Virus record (IMG/VR): IMGVR_UViG_2531839531_000008
Reading direction: 5' to 3' (one strand)
From: a virus
Taxonomy: Duplodnaviria; Heunggongvirae; Uroviricota; Caudoviricetes
Length of the DNA stretch: 55,149 nt
Within the stretch, counting starts at the first letter, position 1, and each line of letters starts with the position of its first letter. Shown here piece by piece: positions 38,795 to 49,940 of this stretch. A program made the position numbers and the translations under genes. A model generated the notes under the pieces. That model saw nothing but the letters and a program-made list of their open reading frames with translations. It was not told the origin of the DNA and did not search any database.

Positions 38795-39538
38795 ATGACC
38801 ACACCAAATCCACTGGCAAAAACGAAAGGTGCGGGAACGACGTTCTGGATGTACACCGGCAAGGGCGATGCGTTTGCGAACCCTTTATCGGACACTGACT
38901 GGCTGCGTCTTGCGATGGTGAAGGATCTGCAACCTGGCGAAATGACCGCTGATGCAGAAGATGACACTTATCTCGATGATGAAGATGCAGACTGGAAAAC
39001 GACAACCCAGGGGCAGAAATCCGTCGGTGATACTTCGGCGACGCTGGCCTGGCGTCCGGGTGACAGCGGGCAGAAAAAACTGGTTCAGTTGTTCGACTCC
39101 GGTGAAGTCTGCGCGTTTCGTATCAAATATCCCAACGGCACTGTTGATGTTTTCCGTGGCTGGCTGAGCTCACTGGGTAAAACCATTGCCTCAAAAGACG
39201 TGATGACCCGCACAGTGAAAATCAGCGGTGTGGGGCGTCCGTATCTGGCAGAGGAAGGCACTGAAACAGTGAGCGTTACCGGGCTGACGGTGGCACCGGC
39301 ATCTGCCAGTGTAAAAGTGGGAGCAACCACCACGCTGACCTTTACAGTAAAACCTGACGGAGCCAGTGACAAAGCGATCAGTGTGCATTCGACAGATCCA
39401 CAGACTGCCACGGTGACCCTGAACGGGCTTGTGGCCACGGTGAAAGGCGTGAAGCAGGGCAGTGTCAGCATTGTGGGCATGACTTCTGACGGCGATTTTG
39501 TGGCAGTGGCTGCGGTGGCTGTCAGCGCCGCAGGTTAA
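38795..39538 (+). CDS. major tail protein V with C-terminal Ig-like domain
   Basis: 247 aa; AAGGAGG RBS; C-terminal Big_2-like repeat. Confidence 0.8.
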   Translation: MTTPNPLAKTKGAGTTFWMYTGKGDAFANPLSDTDWLRLAMVKDLQPGEMTADAEDDTYLDDEDADWKTTTQGQKSVGDTSATLAWRPGDSGQKKLVQLFDSGEVCAFRIKYPNGTVDVFRGWLSSLGKTIASKDVMTRTVKISGVGRPYLAEEGTETVSVTGLTVAPASASVKVGATTTLTFTVKPDGASDKAISVHSTDPQTATVTLNGLVATVKGVKQGSVSIVGMTSDGDFVAVAAVAVSAAG

Positions 39539-39559
39539 CAGGACGATACTCATCATTTG

Positions 39560-39583
39560 CCCCGGTTATCCGGGGCTTTTTTG
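39560..39583 (+). terminator. hairpin plus T-run after V (attenuator-like)
   Basis: ccccgg-ttat-ccgggg followed by TTTTTT. Confidence 0.4.
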
Positions 39584-39595
39584 CAGGTGGAGAAC

Positions 39596-39985
39596 ATGAT
39601 GTTTCTGAAACAGGGCACGTTTAATTATGAAAAGCAGTCCGTGGTGCTCAGTGAGCTGTCCGGGCTGCAGAGAATTGAATATCTGGCGTTTGTTCAGCAG
39701 CGAACGGCAAAGTTTGATGCCGAAGAGGGAGAACTGCCGGAGGCTGAACGACAGATTGCTTTTCTGCGGATGGGGATGGATATCAATGCCTGGCTGGTTT
39801 CCCGCTCACTGTGGAATGCGGAACAGTCTCAGGATGTTGAGACGCTTTGCGCATCCGTTATTACAACATGGTCGTATGATGCCCTGGGAGCGGGGGCGGA
39901 GATGGTTCTGTCGCTGAGCGGTATGGGAGTCATTGAGAATGCCGGGGATTTGGAGCATGAGGTGCTGACGCCGGAAAAGTCCTGA
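39596..39985 (+). CDS. tail assembly chaperone G
   Basis: 129 aa upstream of tape measure. Confidence 0.65.
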   Translation: MMFLKQGTFNYEKQSVVLSELSGLQRIEYLAFVQQRTAKFDAEEGELPEAERQIAFLRMGMDINAWLVSRSLWNAEQSQDVETLCASVITTWSYDALGAGAEMVLSLSGMGVIENAGDLEHEVLTPEKS

Positions 39986-39993
39986 CGCGGGAA

Positions 39994-40323
39994 ATGCAGT
40001 TTGTCATGCGGCTTGCCCGGGAGTTCCGGCGGGCAGACTGGCGGCGGATGCTGTCGGAAATGTCGGCCACTGAGCTTGGTGAGTGGGGCGATTATTTCCG
40101 GATGCAGAGCTTCAGTGATGTGTGGATGGATGCGCAGTTTGCCTCGCTGAAGGCATTGATCGTGAGAATGGTGTCCGGCAGCAGTGATGCTGCGGTGGCT
40201 GATTTCAGCCTTTTACCGGAAGAGAACGGGATACCGGAGCGAACGGACGAAGAACTGATGCATCTTGGGGAAGGTATTTCCGGAGGTGTGCGTTATGGAC
40301 CAGATAGCCAACCTGGTCATTGA
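39994..40323 (+). CDS. tail assembly chaperone T-frame (probable G-T frameshift product)
   Basis: -1 frame ORF open from 39961 overlapping end of G and start of H; slippery site not confidently identified. Confidence 0.45.
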   Translation: MQFVMRLAREFRRADWRRMLSEMSATELGEWGDYFRMQSFSDVWMDAQFASLKALIVRMVSGSSDAAVADFSLLPEENGIPERTDEELMHLGEGISGGVRYGPDSQPGH

Positions 40324-43300
40324 TTTGGGGATTGATGCGGCAGAGTTTAAAAATGAAATTCCCCGTATCAAAAACCTTCTGAATGGTGCCGCCAGCGATG
40401 CAGAACGGTCTTCTGCCCGTATGCAGCGTTTTATGGAGCGTCAGACTCAGGCCGCCCGGCAGACAACGCAGGCGGCTTCTTCGGCTGCAACAGCCGCCTC
40501 CGTCCATGCGCAGACGGTGGAGAAGAACGCACAGGCTCATGAACGCATGGCCCGCGAGGTGGAGAAAACCTGCCAGCGCATGGAGGCGCTGGGCCAGAAA
40601 ATGCGCGAGGAACAGGCGCAGGCCATGGCTCTGGCGGAGGCTCAGGATAAAGCGGCTGCTGCGTTTTATCGTCAGATTGACAGTGTGAAACAGGCCAGTG
40701 CGGGGCTGCAGGAATTACAGCGTATTCAGCAGCAGATCCGACAGGCCAGAAACAGTGGCGGGATTGGTCAGCAGGATTATCTGGCGCTGATTTCTGAGGT
40801 TACGGCGAAAACCCGTGTTCTTACACAGGCTGAGGAAGAGGCTACCCGACAGAAAGTGGCGTTTATCCGTCAGCTTAAAGAGCAGGCAACCCGCCAGAAT
40901 CTTTCTTCTTCTGAGTTGCTTCGTGCTAAGGCTGCCCAGCTGGGGGTAAGCAGTGCTGCAGAAGTGTATATCCGCAAAATGGAGCAGGCAGGAAAAGCCA
41001 CGCATTCGCTGGGTCTGAAAAGTGCAGCGGCCCGCCAGGAGATAGGCGTTCTGATAGGTGAACTGGCTCGCGGCAATTTAGGTGCGCTGAGGGGATCCGG
41101 GATAACGCTGGCTAACCGTGCCGGATGGATAGACACACTGATGTCACCGAAAGGCATGATGCTGGGCGGGGTTATTGGCGGTATTGCCGCGGCCGTCTAT
41201 GGTCTGGGTAAAGCCTGGTATGACGGTCAGAAGGAGGGGGAAGAATTTAACCGCCAGTTGTCGCTGACGGGGCATTATGCCGGAGTCACTGCCGGGCAGC
41301 TGTGGACGCTTAGTCGTGCTATTTCCGGGAATGGTATCACGCAACATGCTGCAGCCGGTGCGCTGGCTCAGGTGGTGGGGAGTGGTGCATTTCGTGGAAA
41401 CGATATCGGTATGGTGGCGAGAGCTGCCGCACAGATGGAGCGATCGGTTGGCCAGTCGGTCAGCGATACCATAAATCAGTTTAAGCGGCTGAAGGATGAT
41501 CCTGTAAATGCCGCGAAGGCTCTGGACAATGAGCTGCATTTTCTTACTGCCACTCAGCTTGAGCAGATACGTGTCCTTGGGGATCAGGGACGGTCCAGTG
41601 ATGCTGCACGGATAGCCATGTCTGCACTGGCAGAGGAAACCGGTCGGCGTACTGCGGATATTGATAATAACCTCAATGCGCTTGGCAGTACGCTGAAGTA
41701 TCTGTCTGATTTGTGGAGTCGTTTCTGGGATGCGGCCATGAATATTGGTCGTGAAGACTCGCTGGATGAACAGATTGCCGCTTTACAGGAGAAAGTGTCG
41801 CGGGCGAAAAGACTCCCCTGGACGGCATCATCTTCTCAGGTTGAATACGATCAGCAGCGTCTTAACGATCTTCAGGAGAAAAAACGCCAGAAGGATTTGC
41901 AGGATGCAAAAGAGCAGGCAGAGCGGAATTATCAGGAGCAACAGAAACGACGTAATGCTGAAAATGCTGCACTGAACCGGATGAATGAAACGGAAGCAGC
42001 ACGACATCAGCGTGAAATTGCGCGTATTAATGCCATGCAGTACGCCGATCAGGCTGTCAGGGATGCAGCGATACAACGTGAAAATGAACGTTACGAGAAA
42101 GCCCTGGCATCCGGTAAGAAAAAAACACGCGAAACCCGTAATGATGAGGCCACCCGGTTATTGCTGCAGTACAGTCAGCAACAGGCACAGGTGGAAGGGC
42201 AGATTGCTGCTGCAAGACAGTCAGCAGGCATTGCCACTGAAAAGATGACAGAAGCGCATAAACAGCTTCTGGCTCTGCAGCAGCGCATCAGCGACCTGGA
42301 CGGGAAAAAACTGACGGCAGATGAAAAGAGTGTGCTGGCCCGTAAAGATGAACTGATTCAGGCACTGATGCTGCTGGATGTAAAACAGCAGGAGCTTCAG
42401 AAACAGACGGCACTCAACGAGCTGAAGAAAAAAACAATTCAGCTGACCAGTCAACTGGCTGAAGAAGAGCGCGCTCAGCGTCAGCAACATGACCTGGATA
42501 TCGCCACGGTGGGTATGGGTGATCAGCAGCGGCAGCGATATCAGGTACAACTGAGTCTTCGCCAGAAATACCAGCAACAGCTGGAGCAGTTGAGGCGGGA
42601 TAGTGAGCAGAAAGGGACATATAACACGGATGACTACAGAAAGGCCGAGCAGGCGCTGACGGAGAGCCTGAACCGACAACTGAATGAGAATCGCCGTTAC
42701 TGGCAACAGCTTGAAATTGCTCAGGGTGACTGGAAAAACGGAGTCCTGCGTGCACTCCAGAATGTCACTGAGAATGCGGATAACACAGCCGGGACAGTGG
42801 AACAGTTGTTCACGTCTGCGTTCAGTAGCATGAGTGACTGGCTGGCGACATTCTGTACTACAGGCAAACTCAATTTCAAATCCTTCACCTCTTCTGTGCT
42901 GTCAGATATGTCCAGAATCATGGCTCAGATAGCTTTAATGAAAGCGGTAAAAGGCATTGCTTCCGCGCTGCCTTTTGATTTTGTAGCCAATGCTGATGGC
43001 GGTGTTTATCAGTCGGCTGATTTGAGTCGCTACAGTGGCACGGCGGTTAACCGTCCGACGTTTTTTGCTTTTGCAAAAGGCGCGGGTGTGATGGGGGAAG
43101 CTGGACCTGAAGCCATTCTGCCACTGCGTCGTGGTGCTGACGGTAAGCTGGGGGTTGTGGCGGATATTGGTGGTTCAGGTATGGCGATGTTTGCCCCGCA
43201 GTACAACATCGAGATCAATAACGATGGCACGAACGGGCAGATAGGTCCGGCTGCCCTGAAGGTGGTTTATGACCTTGGGAAAAAAGCGGCAGCGGACTTT

Positions 43301-43351
43301 ATGCAACAGCAGGCCCGTGATGGTGGTCGGTTAAGTGGAGCATATCGGTAA
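40295..43351 (+). CDS. tail tape measure protein H
   Basis: 1018 aa, coiled-coil-rich (Q/A/E/R), GGAGG RBS. Confidence 0.85.
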   Translation: MDQIANLVIDLGIDAAEFKNEIPRIKNLLNGAASDAERSSARMQRFMERQTQAARQTTQAASSAATAASVHAQTVEKNAQAHERMAREVEKTCQRMEALGQKMREEQAQAMALAEAQDKAAAAFYRQIDSVKQASAGLQELQRIQQQIRQARNSGGIGQQDYLALISEVTAKTRVLTQAEEEATRQKVAFIRQLKEQATRQNLSSSELLRAKAAQLGVSSAAEVYIRKMEQAGKATHSLGLKSAAARQEIGVLIGELARGNLGALRGSGITLANRAGWIDTLMSPKGMMLGGVIGGIAAAVYGLGKAWYDGQKEGEEFNRQLSLTGHYAGVTAGQLWTLSRAISGNGITQHAAAGALAQVVGSGAFRGNDIGMVARAAAQMERSVGQSVSDTINQFKRLKDDPVNAAKALDNELHFLTATQLEQIRVLGDQGRSSDAARIAMSALAEETGRRTADIDNNLNALGSTLKYLSDLWSRFWDAAMNIGREDSLDEQIAALQEKVSRAKRLPWTASSSQVEYDQQRLNDLQEKKRQKDLQDAKEQAERNYQEQQKRRNAENAALNRMNETEAARHQREIARINAMQYADQAVRDAAIQRENERYEKALASGKKKTRETRNDEATRLLLQYSQQQAQVEGQIAAARQSAGIATEKMTEAHKQLLALQQRISDLDGKKLTADEKSVLARKDELIQALMLLDVKQQELQKQTALNELKKKTIQLTSQLAEEERAQRQQHDLDIATVGMGDQQRQRYQVQLSLRQKYQQQLEQLRRDSEQKGTYNTDDYRKAEQALTESLNRQLNENRRYWQQLEIAQGDWKNGVLRALQNVTENADNTAGTVEQLFTSAFSSMSDWLATFCTTGKLNFKSFTSSVLSDMSRIMAQIALMKAVKGIASALPFDFVANADGGVYQSADLSRYSGTAVNRPTFFAFAKGAGVMGEAGPEAILPLRRGADGKLGVVADIGGSGMAMFAPQYNIEINNDGTNGQIGPAALKVVYDLGKKAAADFMQQQARDGGRLSGAYR

Positions 43352-43680
43352 TGGAGACGTTTCACTGGAAAGTGCGCCCGGATATGAATGTGGTATCAGA
43401 GCCGAAAGTGGTGACAGTGAAGCTGGGCGATGGTTATGAACAGCGTCGTGCGGCGGGACTGAATAACCAGTTGTCGACTTACAGCGTGACGATACGTGTT
43501 CGTAAATGTGAACACCCATCTTTGAAAGCCTTTCTGGAACGGCACGGTGGCGTCCGCGCATTTCAGTGGATGCCACCTTATGACTGGAAGCCGATCACGG
43601 TGGTTTGTCGTAAATGGTCGGCAAGCGTGGGGGCGCTGTGGGTAACCATAACGGCAGATTTTGAACAGGTCGTGGCATAG
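43351..43680 (+). CDS. minor tail protein M
   Basis: 109 aa, lambda gpM size and position. Confidence 0.75.
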   Translation: METFHWKVRPDMNVVSEPKVVTVKLGDGYEQRRAAGLNNQLSTYSVTIRVRKCEHPSLKAFLERHGGVRAFQWMPPYDWKPITVVCRKWSASVGALWVTITADFEQVVA

Positions 43681-43689
43681 GAGGCCCTG

Positions 43690-44388
43690 ATGCAGGATAT
43701 TCCACAGGAAACACATCATGAGACGACACGCCTTACTCAGTCAGCCCAGGTGGTGCTCTGGGAAATCGATCTGACAGAGGTCGGTGGTGAACGTTATTTT
43801 TTCTGTAATGAGCAGAACGAAAAAGGTGAGCCGGTCACCTGGCAGGGGCGGCAGTATCAGGCATACCCCATTCAGGGGACGGGATTTGAACTGAACGGTA
43901 AGGGCAGTGCTGCCCGTCCGACACTGACGGTCTCTAACCTGCACGGCATGGTCACCGGGATGGCGGAAGACCTGCAGAGTCTGGTCGGCGGAACGGTGGT
44001 CAGGCGTAAGGTTTACGCCCGTTTTCTGGATGCGGTGAACTTCGTCAACGGAAACAGCGACGCCGATCCGGAGCAGGAGGTGATCAGCCGCTGGCGCATC
44101 GAGCAGTGTAGCGAACTGAGTGCGGTTAGTGCCTCCTTTGTGCTCTCCACACCGACGGAAACGGATGGTGCTGTTTTTCCGGGACGTATCATGCTGGCCA
44201 ACACCTGCACCTGGACCTATCGCGGTGATGAGTGCGGTTATCACGGTCCGGCTGTCGCTGATGAATATGACCAGCCGACGTCCGATATCACGAAGGATAA
44301 ATGCAGCAAATGCCTGAGTGGTTGTAAGTTTCGCAATAACGTCGGCAACTTTGGCGGCTTCCTTTCCATTAACAAACTTTCGCAGTAA
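43690..44388 (+). CDS. minor tail protein L
   Basis: 232 aa with conserved Cys cluster near C-terminus. Confidence 0.75.
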   Translation: MQDIPQETHHETTRLTQSAQVVLWEIDLTEVGGERYFFCNEQNEKGEPVTWQGRQYQAYPIQGTGFELNGKGSAARPTLTVSNLHGMVTGMAEDLQSLVGGTVVRRKVYARFLDAVNFVNGNSDADPEQEVISRWRIEQCSELSAVSASFVLSTPTETDGAVFPGRIMLANTCTWTYRGDECGYHGPAVADEYDQPTSDITKDKCSKCLSGCKFRNNVGNFGGFLSINKLSQ

Positions 44389-44392
44389 TCCC

Positions 44393-45136
44393 ATGACACA
44401 GACAGAATCAGCGATTCTGGCGCACGCCCGGCGATGTGCGCCAGCGGAATCGTGCGGCTTCGTGGTGAGAACGCCGGAGGGGGAAAGATATTTTCCCTGC
44501 GTGAATATCTCCGGTGAGCCGGAGGCGTATTTCCGGATGTCGCCGGAGGACTGGCTGCGGGCAGAGATGCAGGGTGAGATTGTGGCGCTGGTCCACAGCC
44601 ACCCCGGTGGTCTGCCCTGGCTGAGTGAGGCTGACAGGCGGCTGCAGGTGCAGAGCGATTTGCCTTGGTGGCTGGTCTGCCGGGGTGAGATTCATAAATT
44701 CCGCAGTGTGCCGCATCTTACCGGGCGGCGCTTTGAGCACGGGGTGACGGACTGTTACACGCTGTTCCGGGATGCTTATCATCTGGCGGGGATTGAGATG
44801 CCGGATTTTCATCGCGGGGATGACTGGTGGCGTCACGGTCAGAATCTCTATCTGGATAATCTGGAGGCCACAGGGCTGTATCAGGTGCCGTTGTCAGCGG
44901 CGCAGCCGGGCGATGTGCTGCTGTGCTGTTTTGGTTCATCGGTGCCGAATCATGCCGCCATTTACTGTGGTGACGGCGAGCTGCTGCACCATATTCCTGA
45001 ACAACTGAGCAAACGAGAGAGGTATACCGACAAATGGCAGCGACGCACACACTCCCTCTGGCGTCACCGGGCATGGCACGCATCTGCCTTTACGGGGATT
45101 TGCAACGATTTGGCCGCCGCATCGACCTTCGTGTGA
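44393..45136 (+). CDS. tail assembly protein K (MPN/JAB + NlpC/P60 domains)
   Basis: 247 aa; HSHP metal motif and Cys/His peptidase segment. Confidence 0.7.
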   Translation: MTQTESAILAHARRCAPAESCGFVVRTPEGERYFPCVNISGEPEAYFRMSPEDWLRAEMQGEIVALVHSHPGGLPWLSEADRRLQVQSDLPWWLVCRGEIHKFRSVPHLTGRRFEHGVTDCYTLFRDAYHLAGIEMPDFHRGDDWWRHGQNLYLDNLEATGLYQVPLSAAQPGDVLLCCFGSSVPNHAAIYCGDGELLHHIPEQLSKRERYTDKWQRRTHSLWRHRAWHASAFTGICNDLAAASTFV

Positions 45137-45675
45137 AAACGGGGGCCGAAGCCATCCGGGCGCTGGCCACACAGCTCCCGGCGTTTAGTCAGAAACTGAA
45201 TGACGGCTGGTATCAGGTACGGATTGCCGGGCGTGATGCAGGCGAAACCGAATTATCATCCTGTCTTAATGAGCCGCTGGCAAATGGTGCAGTGATCCAC
45301 ATCGTACCGCGTCTTGCGGGAGCAAAAAGTGGCGGTGTGTTTCAGGCGGTGCTGGGTGCGGCGCTGATTGCTACGGCAATCTGGATGCCGGGGATCAGTA
45401 TCGCTTTTAGTGACATCCTCTTTTCAATGGGCGCGGCGATGACGCTTGGAGGTGTTGCACAGATGTTGGCACCGAAAGCCAGTACCGCAACAACGACCAG
45501 CACGGATAACGGTAAGCAGAACACGTATTTCTCGTCACTGGATAACATGGTTGCCCAGGGCAATGTTCTGCCTGTTCTGTACGGTGAAATGCGCGTGGGG
45601 TCGCGGGTGGTCTCTCAGGAGATCAGCACGGCAGACGAAGGGGATGGTGGTCAGGTTGTGGTGATTGGCCGCTGA
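45034..45675 (+). CDS. tail assembly protein I (start uncertain)
   Basis: 213-aa ORF, hydrophobic Gly/Ala-rich middle as in lambda gpI. Confidence 0.6.
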   Translation: MAATHTLPLASPGMARICLYGDLQRFGRRIDLRVKTGAEAIRALATQLPAFSQKLNDGWYQVRIAGRDAGETELSSCLNEPLANGAVIHIVPRLAGAKSGGVFQAVLGAALIATAIWMPGISIAFSDILFSMGAAMTLGGVAQMLAPKASTATTTSTDNGKQNTYFSSLDNMVAQGNVLPVLYGEMRVGSRVVSQEISTADEGDGGQVVVIGR

Positions 45676-45735
45676 TGCAAAATGTTTTATGTGAAACCGC
45701 CTCCGGGCGGTTTTGTCGTTTATGGAGCGTGACGA

Positions 45736-48700
45736 ATGGGTAAAGGCAGCAGTAAGGGGCATACCCCGCGCGAAGCGAAGGACAACCTGAAATCCACGCA
45801 GTTGCTGAGTGTGATTGATGCCATCAGTGAAGGGCCGATTGAAGGTCCGGTGGATGGATTAAAAAGCGTGCTGCTGAACAGTACGCCGGTGCTGGACACT
45901 GAGGGGAATACCAACATCTCCGGTGTCACGGTGGTGTTCCGGGCAGGTGAGCAGGAGCAGACTCCGCCGGAGGGATTTGAATCCTCCGGCTCCGAGACGG
46001 TGCTGGGTACGGAAGTGAAATACGACACGCCGATCACCCGGACCATCACGTCTGCAAATATCGACCGTCTGCGCTTTACCTTCGGTGTGCAGGCACTGGT
46101 GGAAACCACCTCAAAGGGGGACAGGAATCCGTCGGAAGTCCGCCTGCTGGTTCAGATACAACGTAACGGTGGCTGGGTGACAGAAAAAGACATCACCATT
46201 AAGGGCAAAACCACGTCGCAGTATCTGGCCTCAGTGGTGGTGGATAACCTGCCGCCGCGCCCGTTTAATATCCGGATGCGCAGGATGACGCCGGACAGCA
46301 CCACAGACCAGCTGCAGAACAAAACGCTCTGGTCGTCATACACCGAAATTATCGATGTGAAACAGTGCTACCCGAACACGGCACTGGTCGGCGTGCAGGT
46401 GGACTCGGAGCAGTTCGGCAGCCAGCAGGTGAGCCGTAATTATCATCTGCGCGGGCGTATTCTGCAGGTGCCGTCGAATTATAACCCGCAGACGCGGCAA
46501 TACAGCGGTATCTGGGATGGAACGTTTAAACCGGCATACAGCAACAACATGGCCTGGTGTCTGTGGGATATGCTGACCCACCCGCGCTACGGCATGGGGA
46601 AACGTCTTGGTGCGGCAGATGTGGATAAATGGGCGCTGTATGTTATCGGCCACTACTGCGACCAGTCGGTGCCGGACGGCTTTGGCAGCACGGAGCCGCG
46701 CATCACCTGTAATGCCTGGCTGACCACACAGCGCAAGGCGTGGGATGTGCTCAGCGATTTCTGCTCGGCGATGCGCTGTATGCCGGTATGGAACGGGCAG
46801 ACGCTGACGTTCGTGCAGGACCGGCCATCGGATAAGGTGTGGACCTATAACCGCAGTAATGTGGTGATGCCGGATGATGGCGCGCCGTTCCGCTACAGCT
46901 TCAGCGCCCTGAAGGACCGCCATAATGCCGTTGAGGTGAACTGGATTGACCCGAATAACGGCTGGGAGACGGCGACAGAGCTTGTGGAGGACACGCAGGC
47001 CATTGCCCGTTACGGTCGTAATGTCACGAAGATGGATGCCTTTGGCTGTACCAGCCGGGGGCAGGCACACCGCGCCGGGCTGTGGCTGATTAAAACGGAA
47101 CTGCTGGAAACGCAGACCGTGGATTTCAGCGTGGGTGCTGAAGGGCTTCGCCATGTACCGGGCGATGTCATTGAAATCTGCGATGATGACTATGCCGGTA
47201 TCAGCACCGGCGGGCGCGTGCTGGCGGTGAACAGCCGGACCCGGACGCTGACGCTCGACCGTGAAATCACGCTGCCATCCTCCGGCACCACGCTGATAAG
47301 CCTGGTTGACGGAAGTGGCAATCCGGCCAGCGTGGAGGTTCAGTCCGTCACCGACGGACTTAAGGTGAAAGTGAACCGGGTTCCTGACGGCGTTGCCGGA
47401 TACAGCGTGTGGGGGCTGAAGCTGCCGACGCTGCGCCAGCGCCTGTTCCGCTGCGTGAGTATCCGTGAGAACGACGACGGCACGTATGCCATCACCGCCG
47501 TGCAGCATGTACCGGAAAAAGAAGCCATCGTGGATAACGGGGCGCACTTTGACGGCGACCAGAGCGGCACGGTGAATGGTGTCACGCCGCCAGCAGTGCA
47601 GCACCTGACTGCCGAAGTCACCGCAGACAGCGGGGAGTATCAGGTACTGGCCCGCTGGGATACGCCGAAGGTGGTGAAGGGCGTGAGCTTCCTGCTCCGT
47701 CTGACCGTAACAGCGGATGACGGCAGTGAGCGGCTGGTCAGCACGGCCCGGACGACGGAAACCACATACCGCTTCACGCAACTGGCGCTGGGGCGGTACA
47801 CGCTGACAGTCCGGGCGGTAAATGCGTGGGGACAGCAGGGCGATCCGGCATCGGTATCTTTCCGGATTGCCGCACCGGTAGCACCGTCGCGGATTGAGCT
47901 GACGCCGGGCTATTTTCAGATAACCGCCACGCCGCATCTTGCGGTTTATGATCCGACGGTACAGTTTGAGTTCTGGTTCTCGGAAAAGCGGATTACCGAT
48001 ATCAGGCAGGTTGAAACCAGCGCGCGTTATCTTGGTACGGGGCTGTACTGGATAGCTGCCAGTATCAATATCAAACCGGGCCATAATTATTATTTTTACG
48101 TTCGCAGTGTGAACACCGTTGGCAAATCGGCATTCGTGGAGGCTGTTGGTCAGCCGAGTGATGACGCATCCGGCTATCTGGATTTTTTCAAAGGCGAGAT
48201 AGGGAAAACCCATCTGGCTCAGGAGCTGTGGACGCAGATTGATAACGGTCAGCTTGCGCCTGACCTGGCTGAAATCAGGACATCCATTACGGATGTCAGC
48301 AATGAAATCACACAGACCGTCAATAAGAAACTGGAAGACCAGAGTGCAGCGATCCAGCAGATACAGAAGGTTCAGGTTGATACAAATAATAATCTGAACA
48401 GCATGTGGGCTGTGAAGCTGCAGCAGATGCAGGACGGACGCCTTTATATTGCGGGTATCGGTGCCGGTATTGAGAACACCCCCGACGGCATGCAGAGTCA
48501 GGTGCTGCTGGCGGCAGACAGGATTGCGATGATTAATCCTGCAAATGGCAACACAAAACCGATGTTTGTTGGTCAGGGTGATCAGATATTCATGAACGAC
48601 GTGTTCCTGAAACGCCTGACGGCCCCCACCATTACCAGCGGCGGTAATCCTCCGGCATTTTCCCTGACACCGGACGGGCGGCTGACGGCGAAAAATGCCG

Positions 48701-49215
48701 ATATCAGCGGTAACGTGAATGCGAACTCCGGGACGCTCAACAACGTCACGATTAACGAGAACTGTCGGGTTCTGGGAAAATTGTCCGCCAACCAGATTGA
48801 AGGCGATCTCGTTAAAACAGTGGGCAAAGCTTTCCCCCGGGACTCCCGTGCACCGGAACGGTGGCCATCAGGGACCATCACCGTCAGGGTTTATGACGAT
48901 CAGCCGTTTGACCGGCAGATTGTTATTCCGGCGGTGGCATTCAGCGGCGCTAAACATGAGCGGGAGAATAACGATATTTATTCGTCATGCCGCCTGATAG
49001 TACGGAAAAACGGTGCTGAAATTTATAACCGTACCGCGCTGGATAATACGCTGATTTACAGTGGTGTTATTGATATGCCAGCTGGTCGCGGCCACATGAC
49101 GCTGGAGTTTTCGGTGTCAGCATGGCTGGTAAATAACTGGTATCCCACAGCAAGTATCAGCGATTTGCTGGTTGTGGTGATGAAGAAAGCCACCGCAGGC
49201 ATCAGTATCAGCTGA
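45736..49215 (+). CDS. host specificity/central tail fibre protein J
   Basis: 1159 aa, lambda gpJ size and position. Confidence 0.85.
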   Translation: MGKGSSKGHTPREAKDNLKSTQLLSVIDAISEGPIEGPVDGLKSVLLNSTPVLDTEGNTNISGVTVVFRAGEQEQTPPEGFESSGSETVLGTEVKYDTPITRTITSANIDRLRFTFGVQALVETTSKGDRNPSEVRLLVQIQRNGGWVTEKDITIKGKTTSQYLASVVVDNLPPRPFNIRMRRMTPDSTTDQLQNKTLWSSYTEIIDVKQCYPNTALVGVQVDSEQFGSQQVSRNYHLRGRILQVPSNYNPQTRQYSGIWDGTFKPAYSNNMAWCLWDMLTHPRYGMGKRLGAADVDKWALYVIGHYCDQSVPDGFGSTEPRITCNAWLTTQRKAWDVLSDFCSAMRCMPVWNGQTLTFVQDRPSDKVWTYNRSNVVMPDDGAPFRYSFSALKDRHNAVEVNWIDPNNGWETATELVEDTQAIARYGRNVTKMDAFGCTSRGQAHRAGLWLIKTELLETQTVDFSVGAEGLRHVPGDVIEICDDDYAGISTGGRVLAVNSRTRTLTLDREITLPSSGTTLISLVDGSGNPASVEVQSVTDGLKVKVNRVPDGVAGYSVWGLKLPTLRQRLFRCVSIRENDDGTYAITAVQHVPEKEAIVDNGAHFDGDQSGTVNGVTPPAVQHLTAEVTADSGEYQVLARWDTPKVVKGVSFLLRLTVTADDGSERLVSTARTTETTYRFTQLALGRYTLTVRAVNAWGQQGDPASVSFRIAAPVAPSRIELTPGYFQITATPHLAVYDPTVQFEFWFSEKRITDIRQVETSARYLGTGLYWIAASINIKPGHNYYFYVRSVNTVGKSAFVEAVGQPSDDASGYLDFFKGEIGKTHLAQELWTQIDNGQLAPDLAEIRTSITDVSNEITQTVNKKLEDQSAAIQQIQKVQVDTNNNLNSMWAVKLQQMQDGRLYIAGIGAGIENTPDGMQSQVLLAADRIAMINPANGNTKPMFVGQGDQIFMNDVFLKRLTAPTITSGGNPPAFSLTPDGRLTAKNADISGNVNANSGTLNNVTINENCRVLGKLSANQIEGDLVKTVGKAFPRDSRAPERWPSGTITVRVYDDQPFDRQIVIPAVAFSGAKHERENNDIYSSCRLIVRKNGAEIYNRTALDNTLIYSGVIDMPAGRGHMTLEFSVSAWLVNNWYPTASISDLLVVVMKKATAGISIS

Positions 49216-49282
49216 ATTTTATAACCCATATACGGGCGCCAGAAATGGCGCCTTTTTTATTGCAGAAAAGCGAGAGGTAATT

Positions 49283-49882
49283 ATGCGTAAAGTTTGTGCA
49301 GCCATTTTGTCCGCAGCCATCTGTCTGGCCGTATCCGGTGCACCTGCATGGGCGTCTGAGCAGCAGGCCACACTGAGCGCAGGGTATCTTCATGCCCGTA
49401 CGAACGCTCCCGGCAGCGATAATCTGAACGGGATTAACGTGAAATACCGTTATGAGTTTACGGATACGCTGGGGCTGGTGACGTCATTCAGCTATGCAGG
49501 AGACAAGAATCGCCAGCTGACCCGTTACAGCGATACCCGCTGGCATGAAGATTCCGTGCGTAACCGCTGGTTCAGCGTGATGGCGGGGCCGTCTGTGCGC
49601 GTGAATGAATGGTTCAGCGCGTATGCGATGGCGGGTATGGCTTACAGCCGTGTTTCGACTTTCTCCGGGGATTATCTCCGCGTAACTGACAACAAGGGGA
49701 AAACGCACGATGTGCTGACCGGAAGTGATGACGGTCGCCACAGCAACACGTCTCTGGCGTGGGGGGCTGGCGTGCAGTTTAACCCGACCGAATCCGTGGC
49801 CATTGATGTCGCTTATGAAGGCTCCGGCAGTGGTTACTGGCGCACTGACGGTTTCATCGTGGGTGTCGGTTATAAATTCTGA
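49283..49882 (+). CDS. lom: Lom/Ail/PagC-family outer membrane beta-barrel protein
   Basis: 199 aa with signal peptide, ends in aromatic residue (GYKF). Confidence 0.8.
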   Translation: MRKVCAAILSAAICLAVSGAPAWASEQQATLSAGYLHARTNAPGSDNLNGINVKYRYEFTDTLGLVTSFSYAGDKNRQLTRYSDTRWHEDSVRNRWFSVMAGPSVRVNEWFSAYAMAGMAYSRVSTFSGDYLRVTDNKGKTHDVLTGSDDGRHSNTSLAWGAGVQFNPTESVAIDVAYEGSGSGYWRTDGFIVGVGYKF

Positions 49883-49908
49883 TTAGCCAGGTAACACAGT
49901 GTTATGAC

Positions 49909-49936
49909 AGCCCGCCGGTTCAGGCGGGCTTTTTTG
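49909..49936 (+). terminator. intrinsic terminator after lom
   Basis: agcccgcc-ggttca-ggcgggct followed by TTTTTT. Confidence 0.65.
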
Positions 49937-49940
49937 TGGG

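Noticed and set aside
39961-39990. Canonical G-T -1 frameshift slippery heptamer
   Set aside because: The T frame is open across the end of G, but I could not find a clean XXXYYYZ heptamer by eye (CCGGAAAAG is the nearest), so the site is left unannotated.
46336-48213. 625-aa minus-strand ORF inside J
   Set aside because: Antisense to a well-supported tail gene; Arg/Pro/Gly-rich composition typical of GC-rich antisense frames.
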